Shown: in pieces, positions 39,850 through 49,338 of the stretch
Numbering within the stretch: the stretch's first letter is position 1
Layout: each line of letters begins with the position of its first letter
From: Spirochaetia bacterium
GTDB taxonomy: Bacteria > Spirochaetota > Spirochaetia > SZUA-6 > Bin103
Direction of reading: 5' to 3'
DNA: 64,000 nt
Assembly: GCA_965203905.1 (NCBI GenBank)
Contig: CBDBDQ010000005.1
Span: forward strand, 5,376,001-5,440,000
The notes under the pieces: model-generated
Told to the model about the DNA's origin: nothing
The model's database searches: none
The model's input: only the letters and a program-made list of their open reading frames with translations
Program-made: the position numbers and the translations under genes

Positions 39850-39877
39850 ACCACTGGGACAGATACGGCAAACGAGC

Positions 39878-39914
39878 GAGAGGTGGCCTGAGTACAAGGG
39901 TCGCCTCTCTTTTT
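39878..39914 (+). terminator. Intrinsic terminator after the tRNA
   Basis: GAGAGGTGGCCT...GGGTCGCCTCTC stem (with G-U pairs) followed by TTTTT. Confidence 0.7.
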
Positions 39915-40193
39915 GCCCACGTCCATGTTCCGGAGGACCATGTCAAGTGAACATGGCCGATCTGGAAGGTCGGGTACTGGGGACGAGATCCGGGGCGTAG
40001 GGCTGTTGATGACAGACGCTCCGGTTCCACGGACGGCGCTGCCTCCCGGTGTCTGGCCGGCATCCAGCGTCCGCGTCGATCTGCATAAGGGAGAAAGCAC
40101 GGCCGAACTGCAGTCACTCGGGAACACCGGGTGACCCCAGGGGCCCTGGCTGCAGGTGCCGGTTGCCCCGAGACTGTCGATGGAGGCACAAGA

Positions 40194-41021
40194 ATGAAGA
40201 TTGCGTTGCTCGGAGCCGGCGGCAAGATGGGCTGCCGCATTGCTGACAGCTTGTTGCGTGACGGCACCAATGAGATCGCCGCAGTGGAGGTGTCGGCTGC
40301 GGGCCGCGCCAACCTTCAGGAGCGCGGACTGGAGGCCGTATCACCTGAGAAGGCAATCCCCGGCGCCGGGGCTGTGATTCTGGCCGTGCCCGACCGGCTG
40401 ATTCGCACGATTGCGCGGGACGTGGTCCCGCTGATGGACCGAGGGTCGATGCTGGTTGCGCTCGATCCAGCCGCGCCGTACGCCGGGGCGCTGCCTGAAC
40501 GGCAGGACGTGTCATACTTCTGCACGCACCCATGTCATCCGCCGCTGTTCGGCGCTGAGACCCGGCCGGAAGCACGGGCCGACTGGTTTGGCGGCACGGC
40601 GCGCCAGCATATCGTGTGTGCCCTGGCACAGGGCCCGGAGACCGACTATGCCGCCGGTGAGCGGCTGGCGCGCATTATCTACGCCCCGGTAATCGACAGC
40701 TTCCGGGTCACGGTGGAGCAGATGGCGCTCCTGGAACCGACTCTGGTTGAGACCTTCACTGCCACGCTGATCAGCGCGATGAAAGAGGGGCTGGACACGG
40801 TGGTCGAGATGGGTGTGCCGCGCGAGGCGGCTGAGGCGTTCCTGTTTGGCCACCTGCGCGTCGAGTTTGGCATCATCTTCGGGTTCGCAGGGTTCCCGTT
40901 CTCCGACGGCGCCCAGCTCGCCGTCGAGAAGGCGGGTCCGCGCATCTTCCGCGACGACTGGAAGCAGATCTTCACGCTGGAGTCGCTGCGCCGGAGCGTG
41001 GCCGAGATTGTCGGTGACTGA
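40194..41021 (+). CDS. apnO: D-apionate oxidoisomerase-like protein
   Basis: IALLGAGGKMG, ILAVPD, LDPAAP, THPCHPPLF, VTVEQMALLEP, AFLFGH; first gene of an operon with an RLP and a DUF1537 kinase. Confidence 0.8.
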   Translation: MKIALLGAGGKMGCRIADSLLRDGTNEIAAVEVSAAGRANLQERGLEAVSPEKAIPGAGAVILAVPDRLIRTIARDVVPLMDRGSMLVALDPAAPYAGALPERQDVSYFCTHPCHPPLFGAETRPEARADWFGGTARQHIVCALAQGPETDYAAGERLARIIYAPVIDSFRVTVEQMALLEPTLVETFTATLISAMKEGLDTVVEMGVPREAAEAFLFGHLRVEFGIIFGFAGFPFSDGAQLAVEKAGPRIFRDDWKQIFTLESLRRSVAEIVGD

Positions 41022-42312
41022 TGCGGTGACAGAGGCACCGCCGCTCGATGCGACGCTGGCGACATACCGCATCGAGACCCCGCTGGCGTTGGATAGAGCC
41101 CTGGGCATGCTCGCCGGCGAAGGATCCACGGGGACCTTCGTCCCGGTCCTCGGTGAGACCGACGCGCTGAAAGCCCGGTTCGCCAGCCGCATCGTAGAGG
41201 TGCGCGAGCTGCCGCCTTCACCTGCGGCGTCCCTGCCAAGTCGCAAAGACCCAGGTGGCGGTGCGACCTATCGGCGCGTGGAGGTCGACGTCAGCGTCCC
41301 GCTCGAGGCGACGGGAACGCAGCTGACCGCGGTTCTGGCCGCGGTAGCCGGCAACGTGTTCGAACTCGGCGAGGTGACCGGCATGCGTCTGACCGACCTG
41401 CGCCTCCCCCACGCCGTGCTCGCAACGCACCCGGGGCCGGCACACAGTGTCACGGGCACCCGTAGATTGAGCGGAGTCCCGGACGGGCCGATCATCGGCA
41501 CCATCATCAAACCCAGCATCGGGCTCACCCCGGAGCAGACCGCGCAACGCGCGGGCGAGCTGGCCGCAGCCGGCCTGGACTTCATCAAGGATGACGAGCT
41601 GCTGGCCGGTCCCGCGTACTCGCCGCTGCAGCAGCGGGTGCAGGCGGTCATGCCGGTGCTGCGGCAGGTGGCAGACCGCGCCGGCAGACAGGTCATGTAT
41701 GCGTTCAACATCACCGCAGACACGCTGGATGAGATGCTGCGCAACCATGACCTGGTACACGCTGCAGGCGGCACCTGTGTCATGGTCAGCATGCATCAGG
41801 TCGGAGTGACCGGCGTGCGCACGCTCCGCGAACGGTGCCGGCTGCCGATCCATGGGCATCGCAACGGCTGGGCGCAACTGACCCGCGCGCCCGCGCTGGG
41901 GCTGGAGTTCCGGGTCATGCAGCAGGTGTGGCGCCTGGCCGGCATCGACCACCTGCACGTCAACGGCATCGGTAACAAGTTCTGGGAAAGCGATGAGTCG
42001 GTCGTGGCTTCGCTGCGGTCCTGTCTGCAGCCACTGCGTGATGAGTCCGACCGCGCAGTGCCGGTGATCTCATCAGGTCAGTGGGGCGGACAGGCCCCGG
42101 CCACGCTGCGCAGGGGCGGGACACAGGACCTGATGTACCTGGCCGGTGGCGGAATCCAGGGGCACCCCGGCGGTATCGCGGCAGGCGTGAGCGCCGTACG
42201 TGCGGCGTGGCAGGCCGCCCGCGACGGAGTCGACCTGGCGGACGCCGCCCGCGACGTCCCGGAACTGGGCGCTGCACTCGACGCGTTCGGGGCCACACGG
42301 CGAGCGGAATGA
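41014..42312 (+). CDS. RuBisCO-like protein (form IV); 3-oxo-isoapionate-4-phosphate decarboxylase/transcarboxylase-like
   Basis: AGEGSTGTF, GTIIKP..GL, DFIKDDE, HGHRNG, GGGIQGHPGG. Confidence 0.88.
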   Translation: MTDAVTEAPPLDATLATYRIETPLALDRALGMLAGEGSTGTFVPVLGETDALKARFASRIVEVRELPPSPAASLPSRKDPGGGATYRRVEVDVSVPLEATGTQLTAVLAAVAGNVFELGEVTGMRLTDLRLPHAVLATHPGPAHSVTGTRRLSGVPDGPIIGTIIKPSIGLTPEQTAQRAGELAAAGLDFIKDDELLAGPAYSPLQQRVQAVMPVLRQVADRAGRQVMYAFNITADTLDEMLRNHDLVHAAGGTCVMVSMHQVGVTGVRTLRERCRLPIHGHRNGWAQLTRAPALGLEFRVMQQVWRLAGIDHLHVNGIGNKFWESDESVVASLRSCLQPLRDESDRAVPVISSGQWGGQAPATLRRGGTQDLMYLAGGGIQGHPGGIAAGVSAVRAAWQAARDGVDLADAARDVPELGAALDAFGATRRAE

Positions 42313-43712
42313 AACTCACCTACCTGGGAGACGACATCACCGGGACAGTCGCCGTCACGGAGGCGTTCTGCGAGTCCGGAGTGCGCAGCGTTGCGTTCCT
42401 GGAACCCCCGACCTCGGAGGATCTCACCGGGCGTTTCTCCGGTGTCATCGCCGCAGGAGTAGCCAGTGGCACCCGGAGCATGCCGCCTGACGCCCTCCGT
42501 CATGAAGTGCGCCGCATTGCGGGCAGCCTGGCGGAGCTGGGACCGCAGCTGTTCCTGTACAAGATCTGTTCCACCTTCGACTCGGCGCCGGAGACCGGCA
42601 GCATTGGTGCAGCCCTGGAGGAGTTGGCGTCGCTGTTTCCGTCGCGGGTGGTGCCGGTGTACCCGGCGGCGCCGCGCTTTGGCCGCTACACCCTGTTTGG
42701 CAACCACTTCGCGGCGCTCTGGGATGAGGTGCTGCGGATCGACCGGCATCCGTCGCTGGCCCGGCATCCGTCGACTCCGATGCAGGAGGCCGACCTGCGG
42801 CGGCATCTTGCCGCACAGACCGGCCTGCGCCAGCGCCTGGCTGACGTACGCACCGTTGCCGCGGGACCCGACCAACTCACCGCCGCCTACGTGGAGGGTG
42901 CCGCGGACGGCGACCTCGTTCTCACCGATACCCTGACGGCGCAACACGTCGACACGGTAGGCGAAGCGGTGTGGCGGTTGGTCGAGTCGGAGGAGACCAG
43001 ACTGGTGTGCGCCTCGCAGGAGCTTGTGTTCGGTCTGGTTGCGGCGTGGCGCCGGCGCGGATTCTCGCTGCGCCAGCGCATCCTGGACCCGCCTGCCGCG
43101 GCGCCGCGAGCGCTGCTTGCCGTGTCGGGCAGCGGCGCGCTCCAGACAGAACACCAGATCCAGCGTGCGGTGGACGGGGGTTTTCGCGAGATCGCGCTGC
43201 AGACACCCGGCCTGGCTGGGACCACCTGGAACGCTGAAGTGGCCCGGGTGACCCGGGAAGCCGGAGACCTGCTGGCGTCAGGGACGTCGGTGGTCGTGCA
43301 CACCGCGCGGGGGCCGGATGACCCGCGCATCCAGGCCACCCGCGACGCCGCCGGGAGCAGCGCGACGCGGCGCCTGGGAGAAACCGCGGCGCGTCTCATC
43401 CGCGACCTGGTGGCCGGCGGTCAGGCCCCCCGCATCGCCTTGCTCGGCGGCGACTTTTCCGGCGCAGTGCTGCGGGCGCTGCAGGCCACAGCGCTGGAGA
43501 TCGCGCATTCGTTCGCATCGCCGGCGCCGGTTACGTATCTGCATAGCAACGACCGTGAGCTGGACGGCCTGCAGGTGGGCCTCAAGGGCGGGCAGGCGGG
43601 GAGTCCGGATTGGCTGCTGGAGGTTGCCCGCCAACCAATTGCCTCCGCGCGTCAGCGCATCCCGGCCTGGGATCACGTGCTGGCAGACCCGTCCAGGAGC
43701 AGCACGGAGTAG
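42309..43712 (+). CDS. Four-carbon acid sugar kinase family (DUF1537); 3-oxo-isoapionate kinase-like
   Basis: GDDITG, YKICSTFDS, RYTLFGNHFA, RHPSTPM.EADL, GGD, LKGGQ.G. Confidence 0.88.
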   Translation: MKLTYLGDDITGTVAVTEAFCESGVRSVAFLEPPTSEDLTGRFSGVIAAGVASGTRSMPPDALRHEVRRIAGSLAELGPQLFLYKICSTFDSAPETGSIGAALEELASLFPSRVVPVYPAAPRFGRYTLFGNHFAALWDEVLRIDRHPSLARHPSTPMQEADLRRHLAAQTGLRQRLADVRTVAAGPDQLTAAYVEGAADGDLVLTDTLTAQHVDTVGEAVWRLVESEETRLVCASQELVFGLVAAWRRRGFSLRQRILDPPAAAPRALLAVSGSGALQTEHQIQRAVDGGFREIALQTPGLAGTTWNAEVARVTREAGDLLASGTSVVVHTARGPDDPRIQATRDAAGSSATRRLGETAARLIRDLVAGGQAPRIALLGGDFSGAVLRALQATALEIAHSFASPAPVTYLHSNDRELDGLQVGLKGGQAGSPDWLLEVARQPIASARQRIPAWDHVLADPSRSSTE

Positions 43713-43936
43713 GCAGGCAGCTCGAACTGCAGTGATGGTGCGTACCAAAGGAGCGTGGTCGTGGATGGGTACGTCGTCGATGAAGGCGACGTTCAGGCCA
43801 GACTGCCGGCCCCGTACCCCATCTCCCATCGGTCGATGGTGAACATCTCGAACGGTGGCCGGCTTGAGCCGGAGCCCACGAAGGCCGGGTTGCGGCTGGC
43901 AACAAGTCGCAACCCGGCGTCTATCTCGTGCGGGCG

Positions 43937-44440
43937 TCAGCTTGATGCGGGCGGGAACACTCCAGGATCGCTCCGGCCAAGCAAGGCCATCCCGACCTTG
44001 TTGACATGGTAAACCGCTTCAGCACTCAGGATCCGCTCGTGTCCCGACCCCGGATAGTGCGCGCAGTACGGACTCATGGGGTCGGCTGTGTTGCCGTCCC
44101 CCGCGGCGATCCGCATCTTGCGGCAGTCCAACGACTCCCACCACTCACCAACGCTTGTGTACCCACCCTGACCGTAGATCTCCGCCGCCGCGGCGTTGAC
44201 CTTCGTCTTGGTAATGCCGTCCAGCGCGTCGTACATCTTCTGCGCAGCGGCCTCCTGAGCGTCGGTCGCCCCGGTGCCATACAGCGCCGCTACCATCTGC
44301 GGGGCGGTCAGCGTGTTCCACCAGCGCATCGCGTAATCCACGTCCACTGCCGCCGATGGCAGGTGGCCGTGCCTGCACCCGGCCAGCAGCATCACCATCA
44401 GAAACAGCATGCCGGGAACAATACGAAGCAAACTCTTCAT
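43937..44440 (-). CDS. Lipoprotein of unknown function
   Basis: MKSLLRIVPGMLFLMVMLLAG-C lipobox; AAGGAGG SD upstream. Confidence 0.75.
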   Translation of the reverse strand: MKSLLRIVPGMLFLMVMLLAGCRHGHLPSAAVDVDYAMRWWNTLTAPQMVAALYGTGATDAQEAAAQKMYDALDGITKTKVNAAAAEIYGQGGYTSVGEWWESLDCRKMRIAAGDGNTADPMSPYCAHYPGSGHERILSAEAVYHVNKVGMALLGRSDPGVFPPASS

Positions 44441-44615
44441 TTGTGCCTCCTTGGACTTCAGACTGATATAGAGATGAGTATGCCTCCGGTCGCAGCCGCG
44501 GTCAATACTGAACCCGTCGTTCATCATCGTTCATCCATCGTCCGTTGGCACGGTCGATAGGGCCGTTGCGGCTGGTGCGCTGGCAGGGCCGCGCCGGCGG
44601 CGTATAATGCGGGCG

Positions 44616-45548
44616 ATGAAGCTGCGGCGATTGGGCAAGACCGGCTGGGACGTGAGTGCGGTGTCGATGGGCTGCTGGGCGCTGGGCGGGCAATGGGGGG
44701 CGGTGAGCGAGCGACAGGCGGTCGCCACCGTGCATGCCGCCCTGGATGCCGGGGTCAACCTGTTCGACACCGCCGACAGCTACGGCCTGGGGCAGAGCGA
44801 GCTGTTTCTGGGCAAGGCGCTGGCGGACCGCCGCAGCGCCGCCTACGTGGCCACCAAGGTGGGCAACTGGGCCCGCCGCGCCGGCGATCCGCCGGGACTG
44901 AAGAGCATCCACAGCATCATCGGGGGCTGCCACGCCAGCCTCTACCGGCTGGGGATCGACACCATCGACCTGTACCAGTGCCACCTGGCCACGCCCGAGC
45001 GTCCCGAGCTCTTCGTGGAGGCGTTCGAGCTGCTCAAGCGGCAGGGCAAGATCCGCCACTACGCGATCTCCACCAACGACCTGCGCGCGCTCCGGGCGCT
45101 CGACGTCAACGGCCAGTGCGCCGCCTGCCAGATCAACTACTCGATTCTGAACCGGTCCGCCGAGCGCGACATTCTGCCGTATTGCCGGGACCACGACATC
45201 GGCGTGCTGCTGCGCGGTCCGCTCGCCCAGGGGCTGCTGGCCGACAAGTTCGACGCGGACACCCGTTTCGAGGACTCCGTGCGCGCTGGCTGGAATCCCG
45301 GCGGCGAGCGCCGTTCGTACTTCCTGGCCCGGCTCGGCCTGGTGGCGCGGCTGCGCGACGTGCTGCGCCCGGGGCAGAACATGGCCGACCTGGCGCTGCA
45401 GTTCACGCTCGCGCACCCTGCGGTCACGTGCCCGATTCCCGGGATGAAGACCCCGGCGCAGGCGGGCGCCAACGCCGCGGCCGCGGACGGCGAGCTGGAC
45501 CACGAACAGCTCGCGGCCATCGCTGCCATTTGCCCGCCGGCCACGTAG
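44616..45548 (+). CDS. Aldo/keto reductase
   Basis: LGKTG..VS...GCWALGG.WG, FDTADSYG.G.SE, DTIDLYQCH. Confidence 0.92.
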   Translation: MKLRRLGKTGWDVSAVSMGCWALGGQWGAVSERQAVATVHAALDAGVNLFDTADSYGLGQSELFLGKALADRRSAAYVATKVGNWARRAGDPPGLKSIHSIIGGCHASLYRLGIDTIDLYQCHLATPERPELFVEAFELLKRQGKIRHYAISTNDLRALRALDVNGQCAACQINYSILNRSAERDILPYCRDHDIGVLLRGPLAQGLLADKFDADTRFEDSVRAGWNPGGERRSYFLARLGLVARLRDVLRPGQNMADLALQFTLAHPAVTCPIPGMKTPAQAGANAAAADGELDHEQLAAIAAICPPAT

Positions 45549-45589
45549 CCGGCAGCAGCGGGCGGCCGCGTGAGCAGCAGGCAGCCACC

Positions 45590-46807
45590 GTGCAGCCGCC
45601 GTCGGCCGATCCCCAACACCGCGTGAGGCGTCCCCATCGGTCCCGCTGGCTGCGGTTGCCGCGCGCCTCCACCTGGATCGCCCTGGTGATCGGGCTCAAT
45701 GGCCTCACGCAGTTGGCATTCGGAGTAGGGCGGCTGGTGGCGCCGGACATCGTCGTGGTGCGCAACGAGAGCGGCGACGAAGTGTCCGGCCTGGCTCGGA
45801 TCTTCCTCGGCATCCTGCTCTTCCTGCTCGCCAAGCGCCTGTTCGAGCGCCGGCGCAGGGCCTGGGGCGCGTCGTTGATCCTCCTGGTCGTGGTTGCCGT
45901 GATCAACCTGCCGCCGGTAATCGCCGGGCAGAACCCCACCCTGCTGATATCGACGTTGCTGCTGATCGCGGCGCTGCTGGGGTTCCACCGCACCTTCTCG
46001 GTGCGCGCCGCGCGCCGTGTCAGCTATGGACAGGTGGTCGCGGCGATCGCGGTAGGGCTGGCACTGGCCTACGGCATCGTCGGTTCCTACCTGTTGCGGG
46101 ACCAGTTCAACGGCGTCGACGGCTGGTCCGACGCCGCGTACTTCGCCCTGGTAGCATACGTTACCCTGGGCTACGACTACGATGTCGCCGAGATCTATCC
46201 GGTCGGCAGCGATGCCAAGTGGTTCGTGGTGTCCATGTTCCTCATCGGCGTGACGCTGTTCATCACGGCGCTGTCGGTGACGCTGGGCCCGATTGTCGAG
46301 GGTCGCGTGAAGGGGGTGATGAGTCTGGTGAAACGGTTTCAGCGATTGAGCGATCACATTGTCGTGTGCGGCTACAGCGGGGTGGCTGCCAGCATCGTTG
46401 ACGAGCTGCGCGAGCGCGACGTGATCACGGTGATCATCGACGACCGGGAGCAACTGGTGCAGCAGCTGCGTGCCAAGGGGCACGACGTGCTGGAGGGCGA
46501 TGCGACGCTGCGCGAGACGCTGCTGGACGCCAACGTGGTCACCGCACAGGCGGTGATCGCCAGCTACGACAGTGACTCGATGAACACCCTGGTGGCGGTC
46601 AACGCCAAGGACCTGCGCGACGACAGGCCCGAGGTGCAGTACGCGATCCTGGCGCGCATCGAGGACGAGGAGAACGTGGACAAGGTACGCCGCCTGGGCG
46701 TGGATCAGGTGATTTCGCCGTCCACGCTCGGCGGCAGGCTGCTCGCGGAGCGGGCGGTGGAACTGGGCGGGCGTACCGCGGCGAAGCCGGCAGGAGATGA
46801 ACGATGA
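45590..46807 (+). CDS. Kch-like ion channel with C-terminal RCK (TrkA-N) domain
   Basis: N-terminal TM helices, pore region DAAYFALVAYVTLGYD..., then HIVVCGYSGVA, EGDAT..ETL..A, DQVISP. Confidence 0.85.
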   Translation: MQPPSADPQHRVRRPHRSRWLRLPRASTWIALVIGLNGLTQLAFGVGRLVAPDIVVVRNESGDEVSGLARIFLGILLFLLAKRLFERRRRAWGASLILLVVVAVINLPPVIAGQNPTLLISTLLLIAALLGFHRTFSVRAARRVSYGQVVAAIAVGLALAYGIVGSYLLRDQFNGVDGWSDAAYFALVAYVTLGYDYDVAEIYPVGSDAKWFVVSMFLIGVTLFITALSVTLGPIVEGRVKGVMSLVKRFQRLSDHIVVCGYSGVAASIVDELRERDVITVIIDDREQLVQQLRAKGHDVLEGDATLRETLLDANVVTAQAVIASYDSDSMNTLVAVNAKDLRDDRPEVQYAILARIEDEENVDKVRRLGVDQVISPSTLGGRLLAERAVELGGRTAAKPAGDER

Positions 46808-48120
46808 GCACCGATCTTGCGCGGCACATTCAGGAGACGCCGCTGGTCGACACCCATGAGCACCTGAAACGGGAGCCGGTGTGGCTGGATGACGGACCGG
46901 ACATCCTGCAGGACCTGTTCGACAACTACGTAAGTGCCGACCTGCGGACCGCCGGGGCGTCCCCGGAGGCCATGCGGCGCCTGCTCGACGCTTCCGACCC
47001 CGACATCGCCGGCCGCTTCCGCGGCATCGAAGCGGCGTGGCGGGCCACGCAGTTCACCGGCTACGGCGAGGCGGCGCGGCTGATCGCCCAGCAGCTCTAC
47101 GGCATCGACGAATTGAGCGGCGCGGCCCTGGCCGCCGCGGCCGGAAGGACCGCCGAGCTGCGCCGGCCGGGCGAACGCTACCGCCTGCTGCACGACGTGG
47201 CCAATCTGGACCAGGTGCAGACCGACGACCTCTGCTGGCCGTGCCTGCCGGATCACTCCGGACTCGACTTCTTCCTCTACGACCTGTCCTGGTTCTCGCT
47301 GTGCCGGGGCGACGTGGAGCCGCAGCCGCTCCACGATGAGACCGGCGTGGAAGTTTGCGACCTGGCCAGCCTCAGGCGGGCCATGGAGACGATCTTCGAG
47401 AAGCACGCGCCGTGCGCGATCGCGGTCAAGTCACAGCACGCCTACGCCCGCACGCTGGAGTGGCGCGAGCGCAGCGACGGCGAGGCCGCCGCCGCGCTGG
47501 ACGCGGTCCTGCGACAGCCGTCAGAGCAGGTCGACCGTGCAACCTGGCTCTGCCTCGGCGACTGGTGCTGGGCGCGCGGCGTGGAGCTGGCGATCGAGCA
47601 CAACCTGCCGTTCAAGATCCACACCGGCTACTACGCCGGCAACGACCGCATGCCGACTCCGTGGATTGCGGCCGGCAACATGTGCGCGCTGTTCGAGCGC
47701 TACCTCGATGCCAGGTTCGTCCTGATGCACATCGCCTATCCCTACAGCGACGAGCTGGCGGCGCTGGCCAAGCACTACCGCAACATCTGGGTGGACCTGT
47801 GCTGGGCCTGGAGCATCGACCCCTACAGCGCGCGCGACTTCGTGCGCCGCTTCATCCACGCGGTGCCGATCAACAAGCTGTTCGCCTTCGGCGGCGACAC
47901 GAGCTGGCCCGGCGCCGCGCTGGCCTACGCGCTGCAGGCCCGCCGCGGGATCCGCAACGCGCTCGAAGCGGAGATGGCCGACGGCGCACTGGACGAGCGC
48001 CAGGCGATGGCGATCGCCACCCGCATCATGCGCGACAACCAGTACGCCTGCTTCGACGTCGAGGGCACCAGGAACAACATCCGCGGCGCTGCCAGCGCCC
48101 GCGCGGCAGGTCGCGGCTAA
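46804..48120 (+). CDS. Amidohydrolase superfamily protein (uronate isomerase-like)
   Basis: VDTHEH, FKIHTG, FVLMH..YPY, KLFAFGGD. Confidence 0.8.
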   Translation: MSTDLARHIQETPLVDTHEHLKREPVWLDDGPDILQDLFDNYVSADLRTAGASPEAMRRLLDASDPDIAGRFRGIEAAWRATQFTGYGEAARLIAQQLYGIDELSGAALAAAAGRTAELRRPGERYRLLHDVANLDQVQTDDLCWPCLPDHSGLDFFLYDLSWFSLCRGDVEPQPLHDETGVEVCDLASLRRAMETIFEKHAPCAIAVKSQHAYARTLEWRERSDGEAAAALDAVLRQPSEQVDRATWLCLGDWCWARGVELAIEHNLPFKIHTGYYAGNDRMPTPWIAAGNMCALFERYLDARFVLMHIAYPYSDELAALAKHYRNIWVDLCWAWSIDPYSARDFVRRFIHAVPINKLFAFGGDTSWPGAALAYALQARRGIRNALEAEMADGALDERQAMAIATRIMRDNQYACFDVEGTRNNIRGAASARAAGRG

Positions 48121-49334
48121 GGCCGCTTGCCCCGCGGTCTGCTGACGATCTTGCGCAGCGCCGTTCTGGCGGACACCACCGTTCCTGCAAGGATGTCCTC
48201 CTCCGTGATCCGCGCGAACAGGATCTCGCCGTCCGTGGCGCGGTTGCGATCGTACTGCACGTAGAGGTAACCGTCGGGCGCCAGGGCCACGTCCGGGTAG
48301 GAAATCTGGTGCCGTTCATCGAGCAGGAATCCGGCACTCCAGGTGGCGCCGTCATCATCCGAAAGATACGCGGTGAGATGCGAGCGCCGGTCGCTCCCCT
48401 GGTCGATCCTGGTACCGTGCTTGACCAGCAGCAGCCGCCCGGAGTGCAGGCGGCGAATGTGAAAGCGGCTTGACCTGGCGCTTCCTACCGGGCCGGTTCC
48501 GCTGCGCGGTCGGGGCACGGTCGAAGTCACATGACCGATGCCCGAAGGTCTCGGCTTACTCCACGTGTGACCGAAATCGGTGGAGAAACTCTCCCCGATG
48601 CCGTCCATGGTACGAGACAGCATCCAGATCACGTTGTCGGTTCGTTCCACTACCATGTGTTCGTTGAATTCGCTGTCGGGAAAGATCACGCAGCCGCGCC
48701 AGCCCCAGGTGCGTCCGTGGTCCGGGGAGACGAACACGCTCGCTCCTCGAATTGGATCGAGCTCGTGAAAGCAGTGGCGAAACGGATCCGAAACGTGCCA
48801 CCGTTCCCACAACGAAACCGGAAGCATCCAGGCGTCGTTCGACAACACGATGGGCTTGTTCAAGGAGGCTCCAATGCCTATGTAGGTGGGTTCGGTCCAA
48901 ACCAGTTCAGCAGCGTCCGGAGCATCACAACGGATGTACCAGTTACTGGCGCAGCCATCGAACATCTCAAAGCTCTGCTTGAAAAAAAACCACAGCCGGC
49001 CCCTCGGATCGCACCAGAAATTGCCGACCCGCGAGCAACGCTCATAGGGCAGATCTTGGCGGTGCGGATCGACGACGAAATACGGTTCAGTCCAGTGTTC
49101 ACCGTCATCGTCGCTGTAAGCGACCACCAGAAACGCCGCGGAACTGTCGCCTCCGCCGACCCAGCAGGACCACAAGCGGCCCCCTTGAGTGCGCTCGATG
49201 CTCTGTGTCATGCCGTAATCGAGATGATCGTAGTCGTACTCGGGCAACGGCGAATAGTTGATGACCGGTTGCTCGCGGATCCTCTCCAGGAGCTGCTGGG
49301 TGACCATCGATGTATCCTGCACTTTTTCCTCCAT
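48117..49334 (-). CDS. Sialidase-like (GH33/BNR Asp-box) protein, paralog A
   Basis: Asp boxes YSDDDGEHW, SPDHGRTW, STDFGHTW, LSDDDGATW; SYPD. Confidence 0.85.
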   Translation of the reverse strand: MEEKVQDTSMVTQQLLERIREQPVINYSPLPEYDYDHLDYGMTQSIERTQGGRLWSCWVGGGDSSAAFLVVAYSDDDGEHWTEPYFVVDPHRQDLPYERCSRVGNFWCDPRGRLWFFFKQSFEMFDGCASNWYIRCDAPDAAELVWTEPTYIGIGASLNKPIVLSNDAWMLPVSLWERWHVSDPFRHCFHELDPIRGASVFVSPDHGRTWGWRGCVIFPDSEFNEHMVVERTDNVIWMLSRTMDGIGESFSTDFGHTWSKPRPSGIGHVTSTVPRPRSGTGPVGSARSSRFHIRRLHSGRLLLVKHGTRIDQGSDRRSHLTAYLSDDDGATWSAGFLLDERHQISYPDVALAPDGYLYVQYDRNRATDGEILFARITEEDILAGTVVSARTALRKIVSRPRGKRP

Positions 49335-49338
49335 CGTC

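Noticed and set aside
39778-39853. tRNA-Glu as attachment site of an integrated element
   Set aside because: No duplicate of the tRNA 3' end was found in the window and no integrase is adjacent; the integrase relic is 30 kb away.
41014-42312. CO2-fixing RuBisCO
   Set aside because: No small subunit or phosphoribulokinase; the context (ApnO-like protein, DUF1537 kinase) indicates a form IV RuBisCO-like protein.
43713-43936. Possible gene remnant between the kinase and the lipoprotein
   Set aside because: Looks coding-like but has no recognisable motif or complete ORF.
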